From positions 310,001 through 374,000 of the forward strand of contig NW_026781906.1 in assembly GCF_031769215.1 (NCBI RefSeq): a DNA stretch of 64,000 nt, given 5' to 3'. The stretch is from Ylistrum balloti (lineage: Eukaryota). Position 1 is the first letter of the stretch; each line of letters opens with the position of its first letter. Positions 14,901 through 26,360 of this stretch are shown one piece after another. The notes beneath the pieces were generated by a model. The model was given only the letters and a program-made list of their open reading frames with translations. It did not search any database and had not been told where the DNA came from. Both the position numbers and the translations under genes were made by a program.

Positions 14901-17515
14901 TGTAAATGGTTTTATTTCAATCACTGTAATAGTTACATTGAATAAATCAATAATTCCACAGTAAAAATTGCACAGATACCGTTTCCTCCATCTTTTCCTA
15001 TCTATAGCTGTCTTCTTCCTCTCATCAGAAACAGTACAAAACACTATTTTTTTCAACTCTTTAAATCATGTTTCTGATTGCTTTCATTATGTGTAAAAGA
15101 TTATAAAAATTCGCTAAGAGATATGATTTCTCAAGTTTTGAAAAATAAACAAATGTAAAAAAATTCAAAAGTAAAACAGTTAAAAAAAGGAAAGATGCGA
15201 TGTGAGTTCTATAATTTCACTTCATTAAAAGAAACCACGCCGATTTCTCCATTGAAATGAACCCGGTCAAAATAAAATGTTTGCAACATGGAACAGGAGA
15301 TAGCAAGGTTTCCGAACAACTGGTGTCGTGTCTTAATTAATAATTTGTTTTCGATTTATCGATTTTTAATTGAAATCGTCCGTAAATATATCGATCTCAC
15401 ACATATAATTTCACAAACAATTCTAATTAATGATTTCACACACACTTACCTAATGGAGAGGGTATTTTAATAGCCAGTTTAATTGATATTAGAAAACCAT
15501 TAAAAAAAATCTTACATTTCTTCCTTCATATACAGTTCAGTGAATATGCTGTTGATTTCTGCTAACTTGTCCCTCGGACCTTCAAATTCGTCATTTTCAT
15601 AGTCATCTTGGTTATCATAATAGTCATAGTATTCATCATAGTCCGTCTCGTCATCGTAGGTACTCAAGTTCCTGTTGTCCAAGGCATCCACAAACCTCTT
15701 CTTTCTTCTGTTTTCCTGATTAATTCCCAATTAAATCAAATTATAAATTATCGATACTAATCGGTTTTACTGACACAAGTTGTCAGGTCAGATACATCAA
15801 TGTTTTGGTACGAGTAAGTTGTTTGAAAGAAACAATTAAGTACAGTAATGAATTTTAAAATCGTTCAGATTCTGAAAAAAATGGAATTTTCCATTGCTGC
15901 ATATAAGACTTTTGTACCTGTTTCTCACTTTTGTCGGTTTATTGATCGGGGAAGCCGGGGATAATTTTAGATTTGTCTTAAACCACGACGACATTGCGAG
16001 CAAGAATTATATTTGGAATAAGTTGGCTCTTGTTACAAGAAAAAAGATTTAAAATTATAAAATTTGAACCGTTTTAGGTCGTCAGAAGATAGACGATACC
16101 TAATTGTTGACTTCTATAGCCCGTGTACTATTAGGATATACATAATGACACACGGTGTAAATAAATAAAAAAAAGGACATTGTCATTTCTTACGCATCAT
16201 ATCATTAGCGAGATATTCACAGCGAGGTGGAATTCGTTTAGTGGGAAGATCCTGTCACTTAGGATTCAGCACTTCAAAATTGGTGGTTACTGCTTATAGA
16301 CATGGCGTTACGAAATGTGACCAGAAAGATCGATGTTTTCTGTCAATATTTTGACATAAAGTGTTATTTAGAAATATTTACATTGTATGAAGGACTAGTA
16401 ATATGATACAAATAATCCACGCTTCAGTTAACCGACCTCCCAGAGCTCGCCAATACTACACCAGTATGTACATAGGACACGTGTGAATGAAGCATAGAAA
16501 AGAGCTGCAAGTTAAATAGGGTGTATTCTGTATCCTGACATAGCTGAAAATCGTGACCTGTATCGTGACTGAGAGACACAAAACACATGGAGACGGATAT
16601 AAACTAAAAAAAAATCAATGTTTTCGGTGTCGCTGAGATTTCTGAATTTACAAGTGTACAAGCTTTTAGTTAACGCTATTCACCATCTATTCACCGAATA
16701 GGTCGCCCAGACGTTGGGAATGCTATATTTATCGAAACGTCCATGACGTTGTGTATATCGAAATAGTTTCTGTTGAAATTATTCTATCAAATCGAAAACG
16801 ATGTCGAGATATTTAGAGATACACATGTGTCGAGATAACCTTTTGTAGAATATCACTGCTGGTTACATTCCGTACAACGATAAAAATGTCTATCGAGCTA
16901 TTTGTCTGTGTACATCTATCTTAAATAATGATTTATCATACATACACTTCTAATTGACATCTTTGAATACAAATTTGGCATTAGAGACAACATGAGACCC
17001 CTGTAGGACTCGTCAGTGATGCTGGGAGTCTAACTTGCTGAGACTTTCGAGGCCAAAGTTGTTAATCAAATAACTTCTGTTATAACTTGGAAGTTACATA
17101 AGTATATTTTCGTTTGCTTTAACCGTTTTAACTTTCAAGGCCGACTTACGAAGTATTTTACAGGATCCACTATGTCTACCAAGTCTTGCAACTTGTCGCT
17201 CGTCCTGTATAGTTGGGATTTCCGAACAGGGTTTACATTACAAATTGTGATGGCGGGAAGTTCCAAATTGCTGAATCCAAGTGTTAGCGTCGTTTTCTTT
17301 GGCCATTGTATGAAATTATTGATCAGGAAGTAAAGATGCAGTGTCATTGCCCCGAGGCCGGCTACTAGTAGGAACGACCATATTACTTTAGCAGTAGTGT
17401 ATGTAGCACTATTGATATAGGGTGCGGCGTGCATCGTCGTCTTCTCAGAAAATCTCGAGAAAACACGTTTAAGAGTTTTCTTTTTCATCTCAGGTTGTTC
17501 TTCGTTTTCGTCCAT
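5577..17515 (-). CDS. DEG/ENaC family ion channel subunit, gene A (12 coding exons, 588 aa, apparently intact)
   Basis: Hand-spliced exons: 17515-17150, 15715-15516, 14892-14812, 13939-13848, 13201-13038, 11642-11553, 11273-11159, 10473-10398, 7816-7759, 7402-7323, 7035-6960, 5945-5577. All introns are GT-AG with compatible phases; total 1767 nt. Family motifs: TM1, WPKKT, FSNLELPAITICNVN, GH..C.F..C, YGNCYT, PFP, Cys-rich thumb, RQWP, TM2 SDVGGAIGLWIGLSILSIFE. Confidence 0.93.
6185..6345 (+). mobile_element. 3' tail of the same retroelement family
   Basis: gaagacgcttactcttccggaacacctggtc...tttgagtttggattatgattatc, shared with the 55 and 57.8 kb copies. Confidence 0.6.
6960..7035 (-). CDS. 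gene A exon 11
   Basis: RNFIKLVIYYKQLNYQYLKEEPDIE; 76 nt. Confidence 0.92.
7323..7402 (-). CDS. gene A exon 10
   Basis: YLLRESVCEDLPDDCEILRNSTVEGLG; cag/gtaag sites; phase 0 to 2 fits both neighbours. Confidence 0.85.
7759..7816 (-). CDS. gene A exon 9
   Basis: ETDFNLEIASRQWPTEKYA; 58 nt. Confidence 0.9.
8690..9200 (+). mobile_element. Penelope-like retroelement 3' relic (RT C-terminus plus tail), gene A intron 8
   Basis: TSAAYLDLFL...DDFD..IVNSPSLDSNIP resembles the SYLDL...DKRDDFNF.IVNFP.L.SNIP motif. The tail shares gagtttggat.atgatt..gttgac.tgttggtattttc with copies at 6.2, 55 and 57.9 kb. Confidence 0.65.
9340..10265. repeat. 71-bp tandem repeat (~13 copies), gene A intron 8
   Basis: unit aatagtgaacagtgacctctaggccaagtgtatcctggatgttgtccaattccagaccgcttcatgcttac. 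Confidence 0.96.
10398..10473 (-). CDS. gene A exon 8
   Basis: YKCVYKVQNDIFNKKITCSCTDPC; 76 nt. Confidence 0.9.
11159..11273 (-). CDS. gene A exon 7 (Cys-rich thumb)
   Basis: ACMYLCRPTEIVKRCGCYDDYDIDLFYGSSKRMCTSGS; gtaagt donor. Confidence 0.9.
11553..11642 (-). CDS. gene A exon 6
   Basis: TQINRISKPHGNCASSQEFRDFYNKTYTRQ; 90 nt. Confidence 0.9.
12200..12985. repeat. ~69-bp tandem repeat (~11 copies), gene A intron 5
   Basis: unit gttagtggtgacgttggtgtttgtgtctacatgttttagggtgatggtagtttcgtattctgt.. Confidence 0.95.
13038..13201 (-). CDS. gene A exon 5
   Basis: GLTLMLYTENYEYLDGITDGYGARVHIHARDTFPFPYQSGFFVQTGHETTVALKQ; 164 nt. Confidence 0.93.
13848..13939 (-). CDS. gene A exon 4
   Basis: NFTLFQSQQYGNCYTLDQKKMIVKESGPERG; 92 nt. 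Confidence 0.92.
14112..14592. repeat. 42-bp tandem repeat (~11 copies), gene A intron 3
   Basis: unit agacctcgaaataataggacgttacaaatctcgcttagtatc; explains the RPRNNRTLQISLSI ORFs. Confidence 0.95.
14812..14892 (-). CDS. gene A exon 3
   Basis: GVREEIGHNIYRMLMRCIFSRFSCSA; 81 nt, same length as gene B exon 3; gtaagt donor. Confidence 0.9.
15516..15715 (-). CDS. gene A exon 2 (finger insert: RRKKR plus acidic Tyr-rich tract)
   Basis: cag|ENRRKKRFVDALDNRNLSTYDDETDYDEYYDYYDNQDDYENDEFEGPRDKLAEINSIFTELYMKEEM|gtaag. Confidence 0.85.
17150..17515 (-). CDS. gene A coding exon 1 (N-terminus, TM1, LPAITICN)
   Basis: MDENEEQ...TTMHAAPY...PAITICNVNPVRK...DPVKYF|gtaagt. An acceptor just upstream (17521-17522) implies a further 5' UTR exon. 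Confidence 0.92.
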
Positions 17516-17878
17516 TTTTTCTGAAATAAATTAAGTAAATTCTTACAGTGTTTTAATTCTACAAAAAATTATTATATAGATATATAGACAAGCTAAGCCA
17601 TTGTCCCTTTTGTTGTAATTTTCTTTATAACTGGGAAAATACTTCAAATGTGCTGCAATATTTCATTATGATGTAGATATGTTTGAATATTTGCAGTATT
17701 CTATATGGAAAATAAGGGGGAATGACGGTGACTGCGATGCTAACATTTTTTTAATCGTTTTGTATTTCTACAATGAATACACGTAAATAGGGTTGTTTCA
17801 GTTTAATAGTTCTTATTTCAACTTCAGTCTTAGCTATTGTTCCGTGTGTTCAGACACTGACTAGAAATGTAGACATTT

Positions 17879-18560
17879 CTGTCTAGTGTGGTACAAATAG
17901 TGTCTTTCTCGGACAGAAAGTTCACACAGCTCTGTTTAGTGGAGTACAAACAGTGTCTTTCCCGGACAGGAAGTTCACACAGCTCTGTTTAATGGGGTAC
18001 AAATAGTGTCTTTCCCGGACAGGATGTTCACACAGCTCTGTCTAGTGGGGTACAAATAGAGTCTTTCCTGGACAGGAAGTTCACACAGTTCTGTCTAGTG
18101 GAATACAAATAGTGTTTTTCCCGGACAGGAAGTTCACACAGCTCTGTTTAATGGGGTACAAATAGTGTCTTTCCTGGACAGGAAGTTCACACAGTTCTGT
18201 CTAGTGGAGTACAAATAGTGTCTTTCCCGGACAGGAAGTTCACACAGCTCTGTCTAATGGGGTACAAAACGTCTTTCCGTAAAAAGAAGTATAGTCTAGT
18301 TGGGGTAGAAAGAGTAATATTCTCTGACAGGAAGTATACACAACTCTGTTAAGTGAGATAGCAAGAGTATCTTTCTCTGACCGGAAGTCTGGACAGCTTT
18401 ACCGTGTTGAGACATAGAGCGTACAATCTGCTTAATGGGGGTAGAAAATATGTCTTTCTCTGACCGGAAGTCTGGACAGCTTTACCGTGTTGTGACAGAG
18501 AGGGTACAATCTGTCTAGTCCCTGATAGAAAGTGTACACAACTCTGAATACAGGGGGAAG
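17879..18560. repeat. 53-bp tandem repeat, decaying towards 3'
   Basis: unit ctgtctagtggagtacaaatagtgtctttcccggacaggaagttcacacagct. Confidence 0.9.
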
Positions 18561-18818
18561 GGAGTACCTTACTTTGCCGGGACAGGTAAATCAACGTTTT
18601 TTTCATGTGTGAGATCATAATCACACCTTTGGAGGCGAGATAAGAGGATTTCGACGCATGGGGAATAGTGGTTAAGTTAGCAAACACGAGGCATGCTTAG
18701 TGATTGCAATTCAAACATATTTTTCAAACGGAATAACTATTTTTCTCTATATCCTGTTGGCCTTATTAGGAACTCGGAGATATGTATCAGTTTTTGTTGT
18801 CCCAATGCTTCACATCAT

Positions 18819-18897
18819 TGACGTAAATAAACTGTTGACGTGACGTAAATAAATTGTTGACGTGATGTCTTATCATTGTCCAGACAGGGGAATCCCC
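18819..18897. promoter_or_regulatory. candidate enhancer: NF-kB consensus site plus CRE/ATF-like bZIP motifs upstream of gene A coding exon 1
   Basis: GGGGAATCCCC at 18887-18897; TGACGTAA at 18819 and 18841. Motif match only. Confidence 0.3.
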
Positions 18898-19369
18898 CGG
18901 TTTGAAACTTAGGGTAAGACAAGCAAATATTCTATTAATACCACACAAATACCAAAACTATGATGACCCTGAAAATCGCTAGACATGGTTCACTGAACAT
19001 TCAAATCAAAACACTTGAGTAATCGATACACTGATCTCCTGTACAAATATACATTTTCCTTGGGGAGTTTAGAAACACATCCTCCGCCATAGTCTTTTTA
19101 CTGGGATGAATAAATGTTCGTCCTAAAGGGAAACGACTTATGATCTGAATAAATCTCTCTATAGGAAAAAAATGAAAAAAGGGTTCACGTGTTTTTATTA
19201 CCAGCCATTTGTAAGTGTTATGATTTCGGATTTAAATCTAATCTGTATTAGTGCTTTTCTATCACTTCACCTTCAGGACATGGCCAGTGGAGATCTGTAC
19301 GATACACACCTACCGAGTTTTCTTTATTATCTGTGTTCAAATAAAACTAGAAGAAATCACTATCATAGA

Positions 19370-21207
19370 ATGAGATTGTCCCCTGTGGAGGGAGATTGTC
19401 CCCTGTGGAAGGAAATTGTCCCCTGTAGAAGGAGATTGTCCCCTGTGGAAGGAAATTGTCCCCTGTGGAAGGAAATTGTCCCCTGTAGAATGAGATTGTC
19501 CCCTGTAGAATGAGATTGTCCCCTGTGGAGGGAGATTGTCCCTTGTAGAATGAGATTGTCCCCTGTGGAGGGAGATTGTCCCCTGTAGAATGAGATTGTC
19601 CCCTGTAGAGGGAGATTGTCCCCTGTAGAGGGAGATTGTCCCCTGTAGAATGAGAATGTCCCCTGTAGAATGAGATTGTCCCTGTGGAGGGAGATTGTCA
19701 CCTGTAGACGGAGATTGTCCCCTGTAGAATGTGATTGTCTCCTGTAGAAGGAGATTGTCTCCTGTAGAATGTGATTGTCCCCTATAGAATGTGATTGTCT
19801 CCTGTAGAATGTGATTGTATCTTGTGGAAGGAGATTGTCCCCTGTAGAATGTAATTGTCCCCTGTAGAATGTAATTGTCTCCTGTAGAATGTGATTGTCC
19901 CCTGTAGAATGTGATTGTCCCCTGTAGAAGGAGATTGTTCCCTGTAGAAGGAGATTGTCCCTTGTAGAAGGAGATTGTCCCCTGTGGAGGGAGATTGTCC
20001 CCTGTAGAATGAGATTGTCCCCTGTGGAGGGAGATTGTCCCCTGTTGAATGAGATTGTCCCCTGTAGAATGTGATTGTCCCCTGTAGAAGGAGATTGTCC
20101 CTTGTAGAATATGATTGTAGCCTGTAGAATGTGATTGTCCCCTGTGGAATGAAATTGTCCCATGTGGAAGGAAATTGTCCCCTGTAGAAGGAGATTGTCC
20201 CCTGTGGAGGGAGATTGTCCCCTGTAGAATGAGATTGTCCCCTGTGGAGGGAGATTGTCCCCTGTTGAATGAGATTGTCCCCTGTAGAATGTGATTGTCC
20301 CCTGTAGAAGGAGATTGTCCCCTGTAGAATGTGATTGTCCCCTGTAGAAGGAGATTGTTCCCTGTAGAAGGAGATTGTCCCTTGTAGAAGGAGATTGTCC
20401 CCTGTGGAGGGAGATTGTCCCCTGTAGAATGTGATTGTCCCCTGTAGAAGGAGATTGTCCCCTGTAGAATGAGATTGTCCCCTGTGGAGGGAGATTGTCC
20501 CCTGTAGAGGGAGATTGTCCCCTGTAGAATGAGATTGTCCCCTATGGAGGGAGATTGTCCCCTGTAGAAGGAGATTGTCCCCTGTAGAATGAGATTGTCC
20601 CCTGTGGAAGGAGATTGTCCCCTGTAGAAGGAGATTGTCCCCTGTAGAAAGAGATTGTCCCCTGTGGAGGGAGATTGTCCCCTGTAGAGGGAGATTGTCC
20701 CCTGTAGAAGGAAATTGTCCCCTGTAGAATGTGATTGTCCCCTATAGAATGTGATTGTCTCCTGTAGAATGTGATTGTCCCCTGTAGAAGGAGATTGTTC
20801 CCTGTAGAATGTGATTGTCCCCTATAGAATGTGATTGTCTCCTGTAGAATGTGATTGTCCCCTGTAGAAGGAGATTGTCACCTGTAGAAGGAGATTGTTC
20901 CCTGTAGAAGGAGATTGTCCCTTGTAGAAGGAGATTGTCCCCTGTGGAGGGAGATTGTCCCCTGTAGAATGAGATTGTCCCCTGTGGAGGGAGATTGTCC
21001 CCTGTTGAATGAGATTGTCCCCTGTAGAATGTGATTGTCCCCTGTAGAAGGAGATTGTCCCCTGTAGAATGAGATTGTCCCCTGTGGAGGGAGATTGTCC
21101 CCTGTAGAGGGAGATTGTCCCCTGTAGAATGAGATTGTCCCCTGTGGAGGGAGATTGTCCCCTGTAGAATGAGATTGTCCCCTGTGGAGGGAGATTGTCC
21201 CCTGTAC
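19370..21207. repeat. 20-bp minisatellite (~90 copies)
   Basis: unit gagattgtcccctgtagaa(t/g). Confidence 0.98.
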
Positions 21208-22649
21208 CCGTTACAGTCCTCGCTGGGACACAATATTGAGTTATACTATTCCACCCGAGTGACAAAATTTCTGACTATTCTGTGACTTTTAAGAATTCAT
21301 TCTAATGACTTTTAAAACTAGTGTAAGTAACAACGCAAACCTGTTTTATAAATGACTCACTCAGGACCGCGTGAACGTTTGGAAGTCGATCTAGCTAGAT
21401 CTATAAAGAATTTAGAATTAGACATCATATCTTTATTGTAATGGTAAATCGATGTGTACGATTTCAATAAGGATTTTTCAATCAGCTCCATTACTATTCT
21501 CAATATATCTATGCTGAAAAAGATATTAATTATATAGTCACGGTTTCGTTTAGATTGAATTGTGATATTCGCACCGTGGTTGTGATGTACCGACATTATA
21601 GTTACATTACGCAGTGACATGTACATTACACAATACGTCACTGACATGTGTACACACTACTGAAATCATGACAACGTTTAAAACAAATCAGAACACACTA
21701 AGCCTAGAGCACTTACCTAATGAAGGTATCTTATCCTCTGACACACGGTATCCGGGCTCTCAGTACAATTATACAGTATATATACTGACCACATATACGG
21801 GTGGAACCCCTACAAGCCTTGTAGACAGACACCACTCACATGTCTGTAGGCGTATCGACAGGGTTTCATCGACACCGGTAACTGTACACTTGTTTCATGC
21901 ACAGAGGCTTCAGTAAATTAGATAGTCCATCCTGTTATTCGTCTACACCACTGTAGTAAATGGATACATCTCTTCGGTTATCTAAAAATATACTTAACCG
22001 GTTGAGCTAAGAAACCTACATGTATAAACTGACCCCGTCACGGTCCAATAATTACATGCTCATATAATCGGCTATTTCTCGCCATAATGGGAACTGAACA
22101 CATTCATTGAACCCCACATCAGTGTATGTTGATAAAGTGTATGGAAAGAGTGTTTGTCTATTTTTAAAAGAATTCGTTGAAAGGCCAGATCCAAAATATA
22201 AATATAATAGATTTTAGTGTGTACCAGGTGCCAAACTGTCCCAAAAGTATGTTTCTGGTAATTGTGGCTAGTGTCCCAAGGTGTTGTTTTAACAGGTAAC
22301 TTGTCCTCAAAAATACAGGTGAACAGGATGTGACGTGATATTTTATAGAAAAATGTAATTGAGAGATGGAAAAAAATGTATAAATATATTTTTTCTCTAA
22401 ATATTTTGAAAAAAATAGTTCATTTACCTGTGTTTTTACCTGTGTTATCTGTAACCTGAGATACGACCATTCAGATTTTTTTAATCAAAACACATGCAAT
22501 AGCGTTACATTTCATAACACACATCACATATAATTCTACATTTGCTGAAATGAAATATTTAGAATAATGTAACATTTCTTTTACACATTACACAATTTTA
22601 CCTTATTCTCTTGAAACACATTATTTCCAGTCCTATAACATGTGGAGTG

Positions 22650-23150
22650 TCTAGTAGTGAGTATTTGACCTGGAGTGGGTAGTAGTGGGTATTTGTCCTG
22701 GAGTGGGTAGTAGTGAGTATTTGTCAAGGAGTGGGTTGTAGTGAGTATTTGTCCTGGAGTGGGTAGTAGTGAGTACTTGTCCAGGAGTGTGTAGTAGTGG
22801 GTATTTGTCATGGAGTGGGTAGTCGTGAGCGTTTGTCCTGTAGTGTGTAGTAGTGAGTATTTGTCATGGAGTGGGTAGTCGTGAGCGTTTGTCCTGTAGT
22901 GTGTAGTAGTGAGTATTTGTCATGGAGTGGGTAGTCGTGAGTGTTTGTCCTGTAGTGTGTAGTAGTGGGTATTTGTCCTGTAGTGTGTAGTAGTGAGTAC
23001 TTGTCCTGGAGTGTGTAGTAGTGAGTATTTGTCCTGGAATGTCTAGTAGTGAGTATTTGTCCTGGAGTGGGTAGTGGTGAGTACTTGTCCAGGAGTGTGT
23101 AGTAGTGGGTATTTGTCCTGGAGTGTGTAGTCGTGGGTTTTTGACTTAGA
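22650..23150. repeat. 28-bp minisatellite
   Basis: unit agtagtgagtatttgtcctggagtgggt. Confidence 0.93.
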
Positions 23151-23944
23151 GTGGATAATATTGAGTAAAATTTAAGTTTTTTGACGGATTTACTTGAATG
23201 TTGTCAAAGTCCCGTAACTCTGATAAATGTCGACAGACTTTGATCAATATTGGACCGATACGAGACCTGGCTGATATATAGCGTAACAAATTTGGTTTAA
23301 ATCCGAGAGCAAAACATAACTTATTTGATGGAAACGAAGAAATTGTCTACTTCATGGATTTTAAAGTCCCGTAACTCTGTCAAATAATGACGGATTTTGA
23401 CCAATATCGAACTCATAGGATGATATTCATATGGTAAGCAGTATTCTAACTTAGGTTCAACTCTGATGAAAATGCAGCACAGAACGGCAGGACAGATATC
23501 AACCCTCTGATTTCTAGTAAAACGTTGTAGTATAGTAAACGATGAAATCCATTCCAGCGCTTTGTGTCCCTTTTTTCACAAAGCTGGAATTAGATTCTCA
23601 CATATACCCTTAATACGGTACCATTAGCAATTGTCATCATTGGGTTATCCTGTGACGCAATCGAGTAGAAACCCAATCTCTGACTTGGCACAAGTTTGCT
23701 GGAATGAGAAAGGTTTGCCCACTTCTATATATCCGTTTCACCGGTTGGTTTTTTCGGGAACCAAACGATTTGTGTAGCTTTGAATATAACTACATGAGGA
23801 CTGAAATACCCAGTAATGACGACATGCCAAAGCAAACCCATTCATTCTCGAATTTGCATTACTATGTGTTTGCAATACCTTATAAATCCTTTTATAGACT
23901 TGCGGTATGTATTCACATTGATAAATCACACTGTAGATAATAGT

Positions 23945-24395
23945 GATGTAACATCACTGACGAGTCCTAGAAGGACGAAACAGCTGTATGATGTAGCATC
24001 AATGACGAATCCTAGAAGGACGAAACAGCTATTTGATGTAACATCACTGACGAGTCCTTGAAGGACGAAACAGCTGTATGATGTAACATCACTGACGAGT
24101 TCTAGAAGGACGAAACAGCTGTATGATGAAGCATCACTAACGAGTCCTAGAAGGACGAAACAGCTATTTGATGTAACATCACTGACGAGTCCTAGAAGGA
24201 CGAAACAGCTGTATGATGTAACATCACTGACGAGTTCTAGAAGGACGAAACAGCTGTATGATGAAGCATCACTAACGAGTCCTAGAAGGACGAAACAGTT
24301 GTATGATGTAACATCACTAACGAGTCTTAGAAGGACGAATCAGCTGTATGATGTAACATCACTGACGAGTCCTAGAAGGACGTACCAGCTGTGTG
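23945..24395. repeat. 45-bp tandem repeat (~10 copies)
   Basis: unit gatgtaacatcactgacgagtcctagaaggacgaaacagctgtat. Confidence 0.95.
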
Positions 24396-25333
24396 ATACA
24401 GTTTAATTCATTGTTTGCCTCTACTGTATCTAGTTCTATATTTGTATCTAAAGGTGCTCTTCACTTGTGTCTTGTTGCCGACACAATATTTTGTCATTAT
24501 CAAAATTTTGCGTCAGCTGGTGTTTCCTAGGGGATATTGGTAAATCTTGTTGATTATGTCCAAGTGCCACAGACCCACTACTTCAAAAACACAATCATAT
24601 ATTCCGTATATTTTCGTATTTTATCACAAAGAATCACGAGATGACCATACAGGGATCTTGGCAGCTTCCTTTTATGGTCTTATTTTGTTCTTATAGACTA
24701 TGGTGTTTTCACTTCTCTTCTATCCTTTCTCCAATTCTTTCTCTCAATTATATGGAAGATACTAATCTTTAATTGTTAAATCAAAGACGGCCGCCTCTCG
24801 GTCAGTCTTTTTATCAGTTCCAAAATGAAAAGGACACAACTAGCATCCAAGTGCGAACCTTCTTATGAAGATCTGAGAAAGAATCAGCTTGTAAAGGGTG
24901 ATAACAAACTTTCATTGTGTAAATCCAAGATGTCCATCTGTCGGCCATTTTGTTGTCATGATCAGTCTTAAATCTGGTGATCAAATGGAATATGCACATC
25001 TATTTTGAGATTTTGTTTTTATCTGTTCTGTAATTCTCACGAAATATCGATAAAAAACTGAAATCAATAAGCGATTAAAAATAACAACACAAACAAACAA
25101 ATACAATTACAATCAACATTTTAATTCACAATATAGTCAGTGTGGCCATTTTGGAATATCGTCTTTCCGTATTTATTTTACAGTCCAAACAAATCATCAC
25201 AGTCTTCAAAAGACAAACGTCAAATTAGAAGTTTTTCGTTTGATAATCTGGAAAGAAAATTCACATAAACGCGAACTCAATACACTTTGTATGTACTATT
25301 GTACGTGTTAGTAGTAATATTCGATGAATATCC

Positions 25334-25744
25334 TCACCAACGTTGGTTTCTATAGCCATAATTAGTGTGATACTTGGTTGGTATTGTACGATGTTCATCG
25401 AACTCTCTACTATCAGCAGAGGGGTATCGTAACTTCCGGTTTATATTGAACTTCTTCTCCAGTGGTCCCCCGTTCGAGCCAAGGCGCTCTGTTGTTCTCT
25501 CCTGAACATCACTATAAGGCGATACATGTAAGTTGTAGTTTGGAGAGAAGGAACATTTTAAACCTCGATACGGACGCTTATTGTGTTTTTTTCTGTGTTG
25601 TTTTGCTGGAACATGTTCAGGCGATTTTTCCATGATATAACCCCCTATCATACCACACAGGTAAATTATCTCAAACATACTTAGAACAGAAAGGCCAATC
25701 CACAGACCTATAGCGCCGCCGAAATCCGAGGCGAACTGTGCATT
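25334..25744 (-). CDS. gene B exon 12 (TM2 and tail)
   Basis: NAQFASDFGGAIGLWIGLSVLSMFEIIYL...YRNQRW*. Confidence 0.93.
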   Translation of the reverse strand, partial: NAQFASDFGGAIGLWIGLSVLSMFEIIYLCGMIGGYIMEKSPEHVPAKQHRKKHNKRPYRGLKCSFSPNYNLHVSPYSDVQERTTERLGSNGGPLEKKFNINRKLRYPSADSREFDEHRTIPTKYHTNYGYRNQRW

Positions 25745-25785
25745 CTGAAACATAAGGACCAATAATCAATATGCCTGTATCACAA

Positions 25786-25836
<51 letters not shown>

Positions 25837-25883
25837 ACCTCACTATCACATTATGTATATATATATACCTACCCTATAATCAT

Positions 25884-25928
<45 letters not shown>

Positions 25929-26326
25929 ACCTCACTATCACATTCTGTATATATATATATATACCTACCTCACTATCACATTCTGTATATATATATACCT
26001 ACCTCACTATCACATTCTGTATATATATACCTACCTCATTATCACATTCTGTATATATATACCTACCTCACTATCACATTCTGTATATATATACCTACCT
26101 CTATCACATTCTGTATATATATACCTACCTCACTATCACATTCTGTATGGATTGAAAGTTCAATTCCTCATAATATACCGACAACTTAAGAAAGTTTCTC
26201 CTATAAAAACAAAAGATGGAAACACATGATGAACATTTTAGGATTTTACACATCAAATTAATATATATATACCTACCTCACTATCACATTATGTATATAT
26301 ATATACCTACCCTATAATCATATTCT

Positions 26327-26360
<34 letters not shown>

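Noticed and set aside
19363-21265. Long ORFs (266, 163, 147 aa) with GQSPSTGDN repeats
   Set aside because: Translation of the 20-bp minisatellite, with no unique domain.
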